64,000 nt of DNA, taken from a virus. The notes beneath the pieces were generated by a model, which was not told the origin of the DNA, ran no database searches, and worked only from the letters and a program-made list of their open reading frames with translations. This document shows positions 31,033 through 41,451 of this stretch, one piece after another (the stretch's first letter is position 1; every line of letters begins with the position of its first letter). The position numbers and the translations under genes are program-made. The DNA lies in the IMG/VR virus record IMGVR_UViG_3300027762_000001; one strand, 5' to 3'.

Positions 31033-31475
31033 TTAATCACCAGCCTTTTCATCGTCTTTTAATTCTGAAATACCTAAATTTCTTTTTATATTATCTCTTT
31101 TATATTTAGGTAAGAAGAACTTAGTTTTATAATGGTCACTAAGATCAAGGGTTATTGTATCGGGTGTAGTTGCTTTTATTTCCTCTATAAAATCTTCTAT
31201 CTCTTTATCTACTTCAGTCTCTTTATCCTTATCTCTTTCTTTGATATACTCTAATCCAATCTTTGGATTAGCTAAAACTCCTACAACATCTAATCTATCC
31301 AGTATTCTATCTACTAGAACTTTATTATCTTCATATTCATTTTTCTTGTTATTCATTATTTCCTGATAATGAAAAAGCCATTGAGCATCTGTCATCTTTT
31401 GAAATCTTTCTTCTGTGATAACGCCGTTTTTCTCGTACAAGACTGTTGATACAACCTTGCCGAACGGCGTTCCTA
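31033..31475 (-). CDS. Tail assembly chaperone, -1 frameshift extension (lambda gpT-like)
   Basis: -1 frame after AAATTTT reads LGTPFGKVVSTVLYEKNG... into ORF 31033-31440; no SD before its TTG. Confidence 0.7.
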
Positions 31476-31970
31476 AAAATTTTTTATATCATCCACAATC
31501 TTGCCTTCATTTATATATATATTATTTTGCCTCTGGACACAATCTATATAAAATTGATATGTTTTTTGTATTACAATAGCTGGCATTCTTAATATTTGCT
31601 TATATAAGCTCTCTCTTTTTTTACTGTTTTCATATTTATCAAGGTTATCTCTTTCTATTGGAATTCCATTTATAGAAATAATAGCTTGAGATAATATGCT
31701 AGCTGCTCTTATCTTTTCAATTACATCAATAGGTATGGTAGGATTTGCTGATAATAAAATCGCCTCTGAGATTAGAAGTTCTTCAGTATTTAAAACTTTT
31801 AACTTTACCTTAAACCCTTCAACTATATCTTTTTCATCTACCACAACTCCCTTTTTTAAAAAATCCTCAAAAAAAGTTTCAATATCAGAAGCAGATGAAA
31901 ATGAATAATTTAATATCTTGTCCGTTGACTCATCTTTATTTTGCACATTAATGTTTTCATTTTGTTCCAT
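31473..31970 (-). CDS. Tail assembly chaperone (lambda gpG-like)
   Basis: Between tube and tape measure; ends ATA AAA AAT TTT TAG. Confidence 0.75.
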   Translation of the reverse strand: MEQNENINVQNKDESTDKILNYSFSSASDIETFFEDFLKKGVVVDEKDIVEGFKVKLKVLNTEELLISEAILLSANPTIPIDVIEKIRAASILSQAIISINGIPIERDNLDKYENSKKRESLYKQILRMPAIVIQKTYQFYIDCVQRQNNIYINEGKIVDDIKNF

Positions 31971-32027
31971 AGGTGTTCACTCCTTTTTATTTTTTTATAT
32001 ATTTATAGTATAACATTTTTTACACAC

Positions 32028-32061
32028 AAAAAAGAGAGGCACTATTTCTACCTCTCTTTTT
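32028..32061 (-). terminator. Intrinsic terminator after tail tube
   Basis: AAAAAGAGAGG...CCTCTCTTTTT. Confidence 0.7.
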
Positions 32062-32070
32062 ATATTAAAA

Positions 32071-32640
32071 TTATTCTGTTGTTAAGGAAACAATTTCTTC
32101 ATACATTATATTAACATTTTCAGCTATCAATACTTGGCCTGCACTTATACTTTCGTTTCTTGATTGTATCCAGCAAGTACTAAATACTCTTGAATAACGA
32201 AGAGGATTCCCTTCTTCGCTACTATAAGCTGCAAACATTAAATTTATAGGTTTATCAATTTCTTTTAATGATGCTATTGCTGTTTTACCCTCATTTGAAG
32301 GGGTAACATTTGAGCCTGTTCCAGGTCCATAGTGTAAAAGATTTACTAGGTCTTTACCAAATACAAATAATCTTGCAAGTGATATTTGACCAGTCGCTCT
32401 TCCAGGTACTAGATATGGTCTATCTGAACCTAACTCAAATATCATTTCTATTTGTCTTTGCTCTCCCCAGTTATATCCCTGAATAACGCCTATTCTTTTA
32501 AAATCAGTTCTCTCTGCAGTTAAAGTTGGAGCAGCATAAATAATACACTTTGATGCACTTATAAAGCTACCTGGCTTTATATTGTCATCTATATGTCTTT
32601 TTTGATAATCCCAATTAGTTTCAAAATTTGTATCAGCCAT
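32071..32640 (-). CDS. Tail tube protein
   Basis: IGVIQ...IFELGS...CWIQS; directly after the sheath. Confidence 0.75.
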   Translation of the reverse strand: MADTNFETNWDYQKRHIDDNIKPGSFISASKCIIYAAPTLTAERTDFKRIGVIQGYNWGEQRQIEMIFELGSDRPYLVPGRATGQISLARLFVFGKDLVNLLHYGPGTGSNVTPSNEGKTAIASLKEIDKPINLMFAAYSSEEGNPLRYSRVFSTCWIQSRNESISAGQVLIAENVNIMYEEIVSLTTE

Positions 32641-32661
32641 TTTTAATTACACCCCTTTCTT

Positions 32662-34065
32662 TTATTCTAATATAAGAGTAATTTCAATGTAGTTACAAGG
32701 ATATGGAGGAAGAACTGATAATGACACTATTATGGTGTCAGGATTATTTTCATCCTGCATTATTAAGTCTATTCTTCCATCTACTATTACTCCTCTTGAT
32801 TTTAAAGTATCCATAGTAGAATCAAGAGTTCCTTTAACCATGCTTATAAGTTCAGGAGTAATATTATATCTTCCTATATATACTTCACATGCATTTCTTA
32901 AAAGTTTAGCGCAATAATCTTCAATAGCTAGTATTGAATTTTCTTTAAATTGTAATGTTGACATATCAGTTGATAGTTGATGTCTAATTGTTATAGGAGA
33001 TGTAGAGTTTTCTTGTGTTAAAATCATAACTCCTTTTTCTGCTAATTGATTCATTTGAGTCCTTATCATTTTAACACCCTTTAATTCATTAAATCCATTT
33101 AAAGTCACTCTAGTTAATGACCTTTGTGGAGGATTAGCCCATTGTGCACCTGCAATTGCACAAGCTAAATAAGGAGCATCTAATTCTCTTAGAGTTCCAT
33201 CGCCTAATAATCTAGTAGCTTTATCTGGATACATAACACTTACTCTTCTGTTATATATAAATTCAGATAAACCGCCAACCTTTGTCAATACATCACTGAA
33301 AACAGTACCTTCAGGATCTAGGTCAGTGTATGCTTTTCCGAGGATAGCACATCTTTCCATTCTCTCTTCAACAGAAGACATTTCAGTTATATGAGCTATT
33401 ACAGCGTCTTGAATGTCTTTAGTGTTATCCATTATAACTACTCTCCACATGTCTTTTATAAATCTAGCATGTGTTTCAATTGCAGCTATATAATCAGCAA
33501 CAGTAACTTCTCCATCATAATTAACTTGTAATACATAAACTGTAGGAGCTCCTTGCTCTAGAACTATTCTTGCTCCTAATGATACAGGTGATAGTGGGTA
33601 TCCACTTTCGTTTTCTTGTACCTCAGGACCGAATAAAGATGTTACATCAGCTATAGTTCTACATAACTTTGGTTCAAATTGAGAATCCTCAACATTATAA
33701 ACTAAAGTTACATAATAAGTTGAACCAGCTTCAGGTCCACCTGAATTCCAAGTTATTTCATTTGAGTCAGCAACAAAAGTATAATTACCTGTATCAGGGT
33801 CAGGATCTGCACCCTCTTCAAAAGGAATCCATTCACTGATAATTCCTCTTTTTGAGCTTCCTATATAAGCTATAGAAGCTACACTTGTAAAAGGAAATAT
33901 ATCTGTGTCGCCACTTTCCGCTCTAACTATTGCAACAGTCTCTCTTAACTTACTTGCACCTGTTCCAATAACAAGTGGTATCATTGATACTTCACCTGGA
34001 ATTAAAGGACCAGTTCTAGCGGTATTTTGCACTTCTAGGTATACGCCCGGTTCTCTGTAAGCCAT
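32662..34065 (-). CDS. Contractile tail sheath protein
   Basis: MAYREPGVY; IRHQLST; PPYPCNYIEI C-terminus. Confidence 0.85.
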   Translation of the reverse strand: MAYREPGVYLEVQNTARTGPLIPGEVSMIPLVIGTGASKLRETVAIVRAESGDTDIFPFTSVASIAYIGSSKRGIISEWIPFEEGADPDPDTGNYTFVADSNEITWNSGGPEAGSTYYVTLVYNVEDSQFEPKLCRTIADVTSLFGPEVQENESGYPLSPVSLGARIVLEQGAPTVYVLQVNYDGEVTVADYIAAIETHARFIKDMWRVVIMDNTKDIQDAVIAHITEMSSVEERMERCAILGKAYTDLDPEGTVFSDVLTKVGGLSEFIYNRRVSVMYPDKATRLLGDGTLRELDAPYLACAIAGAQWANPPQRSLTRVTLNGFNELKGVKMIRTQMNQLAEKGVMILTQENSTSPITIRHQLSTDMSTLQFKENSILAIEDYCAKLLRNACEVYIGRYNITPELISMVKGTLDSTMDTLKSRGVIVDGRIDLIMQDENNPDTIIVSLSVLPPYPCNYIEITLILE

Positions 34066-34090
34066 TTTTCAATCCCTCCAATTCTCTTAG

Positions 34091-34669
34091 TTACAAAACT
34101 GTTTTTAAAATCTTTATCATATTTAATAATTCTAAATCTCTAATCTTATTTCCTTCCCATTCTAAATTCCCTTGTACTGATAATGTTGTTTCAAATATAT
34201 GTTCAGGATATTGTCTATGTGGGGATGTAGGATTTTTTGATACACTGCCAACTTTTATATATATTGAATCAAAAAGCTCCTTTGCTGTAAAGGTGAGATA
34301 GCTTAAAGCCCTATTAGCTAAATCTTTGCTTACAAAATACTCTGATAAGCAAACAAGGCCAAGCGAATATGGTATGATATTTAAATATCTTTTCCCTATC
34401 TGCCTTCCTTCATCATCAAATATATCCATATAATAATTACTGTAAAAACTTGTTTCACAATTAAAGTTATACGTTATATTTGTAACGACAAGATGAGGCG
34501 TTTTTAAAGTTGCGTCTTTTTCGGGAAACTCTGGTGTTATTATGAGTTTTGTTAATTTATCATCTTCATTATATACGAAAGTATCATCTTTTTCAAATAT
34601 CGCTTTAAATGCTTTAACATATCTTGCTTCTATCTGTTGCTCTATATCTATTAAATTAAGAGATCCCAT
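34091..34669 (-). CDS. Putative tail terminator/neck protein
   Basis: Position before the sheath. Confidence 0.5.
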   Translation of the reverse strand: MGSLNLIDIEQQIEARYVKAFKAIFEKDDTFVYNEDDKLTKLIITPEFPEKDATLKTPHLVVTNITYNFNCETSFYSNYYMDIFDDEGRQIGKRYLNIIPYSLGLVCLSEYFVSKDLANRALSYLTFTAKELFDSIYIKVGSVSKNPTSPHRQYPEHIFETTLSVQGNLEWEGNKIRDLELLNMIKILKTVL

Positions 34670-34680
34670 TTTAACACCTC

Positions 34681-35457
34681 CTACACAGTAACTTTGTAAA
34701 CTATATTTGACTTTGGAAGTCTATGAATTTGTAGTGTTTGTCTTATAAGATAAAAATTTTTATGGCTCGGTTGACAATTAGCTACAATATATCTTGTATT
34801 GTCTTGTGAAACTAGAATATCATTAATTTGTATAAAGGGATAGTTTAATGTCCAAAGCTGTAGTGGGCTATCTATTTCTCCAACATCACTTACTGTAAAG
34901 TTTTCGCTGACATTAGAAGCATTAAAATAATTGACAAATATTTCATATGCACTATAATATCCGCCAACATATTTAGTTCCGTAACATATTTCGCAGCTAA
35001 CGGGATTAGACCTTCTTCTTACATCGTCAAAACAAGTACATAATTGTCCTATCTTTTTCCTCTTTAATAACTTTAATTTTTCTGTTATTATATTTTTTAA
35101 ATATATAGTGTGAATCTCTACAATTGCTTGAGCTTCAAGGTCAGGTTTTCTACCTTTATACTCACCGTAAATATCATGTAATATACTCTCGCTAGTCAAT
35201 TTGTCTGTGACTTTAATTTTATAGTAATAATTAATAGACACATCATATAAATTAACTAGCATATCTCTATGACTAAAATCTTTAATATCAGAGACCAATA
35301 AAGTATAAGCACCAGTTTGGTGATTAGATTTATATATATCAAATATATAGTTATCTAAATTATCATGAGTATCATTTATACTAAACTCAACATATAAAGA
35401 ATCAAGCCCTAATTTATCTGAAACTAATATATCTTTTATATAAATCATTATCTCCAC
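34681..35457 (-). CDS. Putative neck/head-closure protein (Cys cluster)
   Basis: CTCFD...CEICYGTKYVGGY. Confidence 0.55.
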   Translation of the reverse strand: MEIMIYIKDILVSDKLGLDSLYVEFSINDTHDNLDNYIFDIYKSNHQTGAYTLLVSDIKDFSHRDMLVNLYDVSINYYYKIKVTDKLTSESILHDIYGEYKGRKPDLEAQAIVEIHTIYLKNIITEKLKLLKRKKIGQLCTCFDDVRRRSNPVSCEICYGTKYVGGYYSAYEIFVNYFNASNVSENFTVSDVGEIDSPLQLWTLNYPFIQINDILVSQDNTRYIVANCQPSHKNFYLIRQTLQIHRLPKSNIVYKVTV

Positions 35458-35972
35458 ATCCTGTAACTAAATTCTGATCCAATGCCTATAAACCCTGAGT
35501 TTTCACTTGATGCAATAATAGCAGATTTAAACTCCTTCTTATCTGACTCATATTGTTGAAGTAAGAAGGATACCCAACTTTGATACATGCCAGTTTTATT
35601 AAACATTGCTATACTAAGGCCTGAATCATTATAGTCTATTTGATTTCTAAGCTGCAAGATTCCCTCTCTTATAAGTGCGAAAATCATAGCCCCATCTATT
35701 ATAAGACCATCATCTATTATGGAGTTTTGAAAATTAAATAGTGTATATTTTGTTCTTGGATATCCTTTATTTATATCTGCAATTGCTGACTTTAAGAGAG
35801 CTACTATAGTATTGTCGGAATAGTGCAGTACTTTTCCGGATAAAATATTTTTTTGAGGATCATCATCCGCCATGTGAAGTCTAAAATCATCTACTAAGCC
35901 TTGAAGTGTAGATAGCTGTTCCTGCGTATAATTTCCAGTAATAGTATAAGTCTTTTTTAAAACTATAGGCAT
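35448..35972 (-). CDS. Putative head-tail adaptor
   Basis: FRLHMADD...LRNQIDYNDSG; likely start MPIV at 35972. Confidence 0.55.
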   Translation of the reverse strand: MPIVLKKTYTITGNYTQEQLSTLQGLVDDFRLHMADDDPQKNILSGKVLHYSDNTIVALLKSAIADINKGYPRTKYTLFNFQNSIIDDGLIIDGAMIFALIREGILQLRNQIDYNDSGLSIAMFNKTGMYQSWVSFLLQQYESDKKEFKSAIIASSENSGFIGIGSEFSYRMWR

Positions 35973-35973
35973 A

Positions 35974-36798
35974 TTATACCACCATCCTTTCAAAGCCAAC
36001 GGATATGTATCCATTCTTCTCAAACATAAAGTAGTAGTTCCCAGGCTTCAACATTAAATTCCATGCACCAACATCATTCGTAATTGTCTTAGCTATAACC
36101 TCTTTTGTTGTAGGATTAAAAATAGTTATTTGAGTATTAGGGATTGGAGACCCTTGCTCATCTAACACTTTAGAATCTGAACCGTCTAAACTTTTTAATG
36201 TATTACTTCCAACAAAGAGAGGCGGTATATTATCTGCAGTATCAGTTGCATTTAATATGAAAAATATTTCATCTATTTCACTAAATACTGTTATAGAATA
36301 TTCGCTAATTTCGTCTGGGGTAAAATTATAAAGATAAAAATCTTCAACTGAATTCATATCAATTAAAAATATATCATTTACCCATTCTGTGCCGTTCCAA
36401 AAAGTATTGTCTTTTAATTTTATTATTTTAGCCTTAGCACTATCTCCATCCCCTATAAACTTTATAGGATAAGACGTATTTACTAACCAATCATATTTTA
36501 CTATATCATCATTATACGCAGTTAGAGATATAATTTTACTACAATTATATTCATCTGATCTTGATAATATAGTAAATACTCCTATTTTGTCAGGAGTAAA
36601 ATTATAAGAATATACACCATTTCCAATATGATTCATTATTATATGAAACTCATTATCCACCCATGACATTCCATTCCAATATTTAAAATCTTGTGAGTTC
36701 TTAATAATTGTAATAGGTGTATCATCTAATATTCTATTATTATTAATATCAGTAACGAGTAATGATACTACATATGTCTGACCTAATTTTAAGAACAT
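35974..36798 (-). CDS. Virion protein with C-terminal carboxypeptidase-regulatory-like beta domain
   Basis: Duplicated (Y/F)WNGxxWV unit; GSPIPN...TNDVGAW...PGNYYFMFEKNGY. Confidence 0.5.
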   Translation of the reverse strand: MFLKLGQTYVVSLLVTDINNNRILDDTPITIIKNSQDFKYWNGMSWVDNEFHIIMNHIGNGVYSYNFTPDKIGVFTILSRSDEYNCSKIISLTAYNDDIVKYDWLVNTSYPIKFIGDGDSAKAKIIKLKDNTFWNGTEWVNDIFLIDMNSVEDFYLYNFTPDEISEYSITVFSEIDEIFFILNATDTADNIPPLFVGSNTLKSLDGSDSKVLDEQGSPIPNTQITIFNPTTKEVIAKTITNDVGAWNLMLKPGNYYFMFEKNGYISVGFERMVV

Positions 36799-36809
36799 AT
36801 TTTCACCCC

Positions 36810-37337
36810 TTATTCTGGAGCTTCTTTATTTATAACTTCTTCTATTTTCTTTTCCATTATTTCCTCTATTTTTTCTTCTGTTAATTTAATTTCTACTAGT
36901 TCTTCCTTAATTTCTACTGGCTCTTCTTTGATTTCTACTGGCTCTTCTTTGATTTCTACTGGCTCTTCTTTAGATTTTTTAGATTGTTTTTTATTTTTAT
37001 TTAATCTTTCTGCAGCTGCTTTTTTTCTTTCTTCAATCTTTAATCTGTTATCTTCCTTCTCTTTTTCTTTCTCTGTTCTAGCTTTTATTTTTTCTTTTTC
37101 TTCTGTCGAAATTGATATTCCGTCAAAATCTCTTCTTCTACTTTTAAAGAAGTCATTATAGTTATGACTCTCTATTTTAAACCATCCATTTTGTTCTGCT
37201 GTTTTTAACTTCTCAAAAGTTTCTTCACTAACTTCTGCATTAGTTAAATTATTGCTTCTAAAAACCTTTCCACCAATTAACATCTCACTATTTGTTTCGC
37301 TTATTAATTTTCCTGTTATTTTTATTGTATGTAGCAT
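36810..37337 (-). CDS. Hypothetical protein with KEEPVEI repeats
   Basis: 21-bp tandem repeats at ~36890-36970. Confidence 0.6.
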   Translation of the reverse strand: MLHTIKITGKLISETNSEMLIGGKVFRSNNLTNAEVSEETFEKLKTAEQNGWFKIESHNYNDFFKSRRRDFDGISISTEEKEKIKARTEKEKEKEDNRLKIEERKKAAAERLNKNKKQSKKSKEEPVEIKEEPVEIKEEPVEIKEELVEIKLTEEKIEEIMEKKIEEVINKEAPE

Positions 37338-37353
37338 AAGTTACCCTCCTAAA

Positions 37354-37734
37354 TTAATTGTTTGTACCAGCTAATTGACTGCGCAATACTTCTGCTTCTA
37401 ATTCATTTAATTTATTTTTATTTTGCAAGTATTGTGCTCCGAGTCTTATCCCTTGAACACCTGTACCTATGGCAGCTCCAATTAATGCAGGCTTTATAGC
37501 TCCTAATGCAGCTCCAGTTAATATTCCGCCTAATCCTCCAGCTATCGCTCCACCAGCCCCACCTGTTAGAGCGCCACCTAGAGCAGCTCCCCCAAGCCCA
37601 CCTGCTAACCCTCCAAATGTTCCGCCTATACCTCCACCTATTCCTGCGCCAACTAAAGCACCTTTGCCTAAACTAATTTTATTCTCTTCAGCTATTTTAT
37701 AGATAACCTCTTTATACATTGCCACTTTATCCAT
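37354..37734 (-). CDS. Glycine-zipper putative internal/ejection protein
   Basis: Leader MDKVAMYKEVIYKIA then a long GxxxG stretch. Confidence 0.6.
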   Translation of the reverse strand: MDKVAMYKEVIYKIAEENKISLGKGALVGAGIGGGIGGTFGGLAGGLGGAALGGALTGGAGGAIAGGLGGILTGAALGAIKPALIGAAIGTGVQGIRLGAQYLQNKNKLNELEAEVLRSQLAGTNN

Positions 37735-37758
37735 TACTCTTCCTCCTTAATTTATATT

Positions 37759-37791
37759 ATAAAAGGGTAGGTATGATACCCACCCTTTTAT
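37759..37791 (-). terminator. Terminator after major capsid gene
   Basis: ATAAAAGGGT...ACCCTTTTAT. Confidence 0.65.
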
Positions 37792-37805
37792 TATAACAAT
37801 TAAAA

Positions 37806-38840
37806 TTACATTTCTTCAAGTGAGCCGTAACCTTTAATCTTTCCTTCTTCTTTAGCCATTGCGCCCTTAGTATCATCACTAAGAAGAATCTTGTCATCTC
37901 CAGGAGTGAAGTCTAAGATTAATTTAGCAACAGCTTTTTGTGATGCAAGATAAAGTCCTAAGAACTCAAACATGAATAATCCTTGCTCAAGTTTATTAGT
38001 AACTTCTGTTAATCTTACAGTTAAATCTTTAAGTATAGGCATTCTTCCTACGAAATCTGGCTCTGAGAATGCATATATAGTATTCTTTCCAACAATTCTT
38101 GAAGTGATTAATTTAACACTTCCCCAAATTGAATATTTAACGCCTGACTCTAACATTTCTCTTTGAGTCAATTGGTCTATTTCATTTTGAGCCCAAACTA
38201 GAATATCATCTAATCTGTCTTGTTTCATAACAAAAGCAGCTAGAGGAACATCATGTTGAGACATACATTTTTTTAAGCTAACTAAATGAGTTTTGTAAAG
38301 TAGAGTATCAGCGCTTGTAACTATTTGTGTGTCATGCTCAGGATTTACAGCGTCTCCGCTTCCCATAAGCAATCTATCAACTAAATCTAAGATTTTTCCA
38401 TCTTCGATTTTAGCAACCGCTTGACCTGACAATTCTCTAACTCTTTCTAGATAGTTAAATTTTTGAACTAACATTCTTTTTAAATGAAGAGTAGTATCAT
38501 CACTTGTAATAGTCATGATTCCTACATTAACTCCATCGCCCTCGATTTGATATCTTGGCACTTGACCATCATCAGCATAAAAAGCTGCATGAGAATCGAA
38601 ATCTTTTGGATAATAGAAGTAAGGTTCACCATTTATAAGATGAAGCTCTTCTGAAGTTACGTTGTGAGCTAATAATACTTGTCTTCCAAATGATTCATAG
38701 TCTCTTGTTTCCCTTATAAATGGAGGGAGCTTTTCAAGAGCTAATTTTTCTAATCCACCTGGGGACTCTAACAATTTTCCTAAGTTATAATCAGCATTTT
38801 GAGTTTCACTTGCAGTTTTAATTTTCATAATTCCAGCCAT
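37806..38840 (-). CDS. Major capsid protein (HK97 fold)
   Basis: 344 aa, follows scaffold/decoration genes, precedes a terminator; RDYESFGRQVL, AKIEDGKI, EPDFVGRMP. Confidence 0.8.
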   Translation of the reverse strand: MAGIMKIKTASETQNADYNLGKLLESPGGLEKLALEKLPPFIRETRDYESFGRQVLLAHNVTSEELHLINGEPYFYYPKDFDSHAAFYADDGQVPRYQIEGDGVNVGIMTITSDDTTLHLKRMLVQKFNYLERVRELSGQAVAKIEDGKILDLVDRLLMGSGDAVNPEHDTQIVTSADTLLYKTHLVSLKKCMSQHDVPLAAFVMKQDRLDDILVWAQNEIDQLTQREMLESGVKYSIWGSVKLITSRIVGKNTIYAFSEPDFVGRMPILKDLTVRLTEVTNKLEQGLFMFEFLGLYLASQKAVAKLILDFTPGDDKILLSDDTKGAMAKEEGKIKGYGSLEEM

Positions 38841-38861
38841 TTTAGTTTGTCCTCCCTTCCA

Positions 38862-39278
38862 TTATATTACAGCTTTTATTCTAAGTTCGCCATTAACTGG
38901 AGCGCCCAAAGAATAAGCAGCTATTAACCAAGGTGTAGCGTTTGCTGGATCGTATGGAGTTAATACTCCATCAGCATTAACACAAAGCGGAGTCATAGCT
39001 CCATATGTTTCTGCAGTATCAAAATTACTTACTGTAACTTCGAAAACACCGAAATAATAAGTAACTTTTTTAACTGACTTTCCTGAAATCTGATCTCTTC
39101 CAGCTCTTTTTGAGCTTATGCAAAGAAACGATTTCTTTGTTCCATCTGAAATAACAACTTTACCTGAATCATTAATTGTTACCCATTGTCCTTCTTCAAG
39201 TTCTGTTACAGAATCATCAAGTGGTCTAACTGCAACTCTGTAAGCATACTCGTCTAACCTATTCTCAAATCTTATCAT
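38862..39278 (-). CDS. Capsid decoration/cement protein
   Basis: 138-aa beta-rich ORF just upstream of the MCP. Confidence 0.6.
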   Translation of the reverse strand: MIRFENRLDEYAYRVAVRPLDDSVTELEEGQWVTINDSGKVVISDGTKKSFLCISSKRAGRDQISGKSVKKVTYYFGVFEVTVSNFDTAETYGAMTPLCVNADGVLTPYDPANATPWLIAAYSLGAPVNGELRIKAVI

Positions 39279-39320
39279 GCTTAAACCTCCCTACTATGAT
39301 TTTTAATTTAAAAAAATTTA

Positions 39321-40484
39321 TTAATCTGATAATGACTCTTCAAGAGTGATTCTACGATCACCTAAATCCATATTAATTTGTTTGTCAAGAAAAGTCAAAT
39401 TATCAAGTCCTTCCTTGGTAAATGCGTCAGAATTGATGTTCTCAATTGTTGTTTTTAACATTTCATATCCAGACTCATCAAGTTGCATAACTTTCTCTAT
39501 CTGGCTTTCAATGTCTGCTTTTTTTATTAAGCACTTTTCATTCATTAAATGAGCAAGTTTTGTTGCACTGTCTAGTTTTTCTTTGTTATGTATTGTGGAA
39601 TTTAGTTCGGCGTTTTTAGATATTAACTCCTCATTTTCTTGTGCCAGTTTTCTATTTTCTTTAGCTGCGATTTTTAACATTTTGCTTGCGTTTAAAACGA
39701 CTAGTGATATTTTTTGTATATCTATATTTTTTTGTGATTCACTTTTAATTCTACCATATTTATCGTCGCAAAGAACAGATGATATTTTCTCAATTAATTC
39801 TTTTTTTCTTTCTGATTGATTTTTTTGCATTGCATCACCCTCTTTGCTCTCTTTTTTATCTCCATACAATTTAGATGTTATTGCTAGAGCTCCGACTGTT
39901 GGTAGTACCGCCTTCTTTACTTTACCTAAAGGTGCAGTTGCTAATGGTAAATCTATTTCGCTAAATGTATCAGGGACTCCAGCTTTTGATTCCCCTGTTG
40001 GAACTTGATATTTATTAATAAATGATTTACCGCCCTCACTTCTTGCTCTTGATACATTATCTCTCACACTTTTTTTTACAGAATCCAATCTAGATTTAGC
40101 TTTAGTTATATCTTCGAGGGTCTTAGCTTTAGTTAAAGCTAATCTTGCTCCCTCTAAATCTTTTCTCCCAGAAGATACGGCTTTTTTAACGCTTCTTCTT
40201 CTGAAAAAATTATGTGCGGCTCTACCTCCTCTTATATCCCAATCAGTTAGTTTTTCTTGAGCTTTTGAAAACTGATTTCCAATAGCTTCACTAACTTTTT
40301 TGGGTACAAGCTTTGAGCCAATTCCACTAAAGAAAGAACCTGAGCCTTTTCCTATTAAATGATCTCTAGCTATATCTTTAGCAGAAGATGTTGTACCTCT
40401 AAGATTTTGTTTCCCTATTATGTTGACAAAATCTTGAAAATTCTTAGCTTTTATACCTGCGAATTTATGGAGTCTGTGAGACAC
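39321..40484 (-). CDS. Head protein: basic N-half plus coiled-coil scaffold-like C-half
   Basis: KxA motifs; internal SD and ATG at 39830. Confidence 0.55.
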   Translation of the reverse strand: MSHRLHKFAGIKAKNFQDFVNIIGKQNLRGTTSSAKDIARDHLIGKGSGSFFSGIGSKLVPKKVSEAIGNQFSKAQEKLTDWDIRGGRAAHNFFRRRSVKKAVSSGRKDLEGARLALTKAKTLEDITKAKSRLDSVKKSVRDNVSRARSEGGKSFINKYQVPTGESKAGVPDTFSEIDLPLATAPLGKVKKAVLPTVGALAITSKLYGDKKESKEGDAMQKNQSERKKELIEKISSVLCDDKYGRIKSESQKNIDIQKISLVVLNASKMLKIAAKENRKLAQENEELISKNAELNSTIHNKEKLDSATKLAHLMNEKCLIKKADIESQIEKVMQLDESGYEMLKTTIENINSDAFTKEGLDNLTFLDKQINMDLGDRRITLEESLSD

Positions 40485-40500
40485 AAAAGCTCACCTCCTA

Positions 40501-41292
40501 CTATTCTTGCAATAAGCTATATATATTATAAATAATATCATCTGCTACTTGCATAGAATTTTTTTCTGCAATATAAGCTAGTTTCTCACTTTTATCAACT
40601 ATTGTTTCAATTGCCACTTTATCTTCTATCTTTTGTGAAACATAGTCAGCAAGATCCATTCCTTCTTTTTCTAACTCTTGAGCAGCTAAATCATATGCAT
40701 ACTTAACAACTTCTTCGTCATATTCTGCTGCAGTTTTATTTTCTTCTTCTTCAGTCTCTTCTTCAGCTTCTTCAGTTCCTTCTTGAGTAGCTTCAGCCAC
40801 TATTTTTTTAGCTATCTCTTGAGCTTTTTGAACAAGTTCTTCTTTATCTTGATTCTCTTCCGCTCTTTTTTCTACACCTTTAGCTAAAGCTGATTTTAGG
40901 AGTTTTTGTTCTGCTTCTGCTTCGCCTTCATCAATAACTTCATCTTCACTTTGAACTTCACTGTGATCTCTTTCTTCACTAGTATCAATTCTTTCGTCTT
41001 CACTCATTAACTCTTCTTCCATTGTTTTTCTTTTTGAGTGATTAACTTTGTCTTCTTTAGGTTGTTCAACAGTTCTGTTTTCTAATGAAGGTTCTTCAGC
41101 TACTTTTTCCATAAACATATTATCAATTTCTTCAGCTAAAGCCTCTAGTTGATCTGGTGAAAAATTTTCTTCAAGTATTTGTTTTGCTTCATTTTTATCA
41201 ATACTTGAAGCTGTCTTGTTAATATTATTTTGATAAAAATCTTGGCTTATTAACTCTTCGTAAAAAGCCTCACTTCTTTTATTATCAGACAT
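40501..41292 (-). CDS. Acidic scaffold-like head protein
   Basis: Glu-rich; NKTA, EKVA, EKRA, NKTA, EKLA. Confidence 0.6.
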   Translation of the reverse strand: MSDNKRSEAFYEELISQDFYQNNINKTASSIDKNEAKQILEENFSPDQLEALAEEIDNMFMEKVAEEPSLENRTVEQPKEDKVNHSKRKTMEEELMSEDERIDTSEERDHSEVQSEDEVIDEGEAEAEQKLLKSALAKGVEKRAEENQDKEELVQKAQEIAKKIVAEATQEGTEEAEEETEEEENKTAAEYDEEVVKYAYDLAAQELEKEGMDLADYVSQKIEDKVAIETIVDKSEKLAYIAEKNSMQVADDIIYNIYSLLQE

Positions 41293-41451
41293 TTTCTTGT
41301 AATCGCTACAACCTTTGATATTTTAACAAAAATATCATATAGCGATTCTCTCCTTTCTTTTTTATTTTCAGCGATACTAAAAGCACTTGTTTATTTTAAT
41401 TTTATATACAAAAAACCTAAAAATCAAGTAATCATTATCATTTAAAAAATA

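Noticed and set aside
13365-34669. Extracellular contractile injection system or tailocin
   Set aside because: Capsid, protease, portal and replication genes are present, so this is a phage
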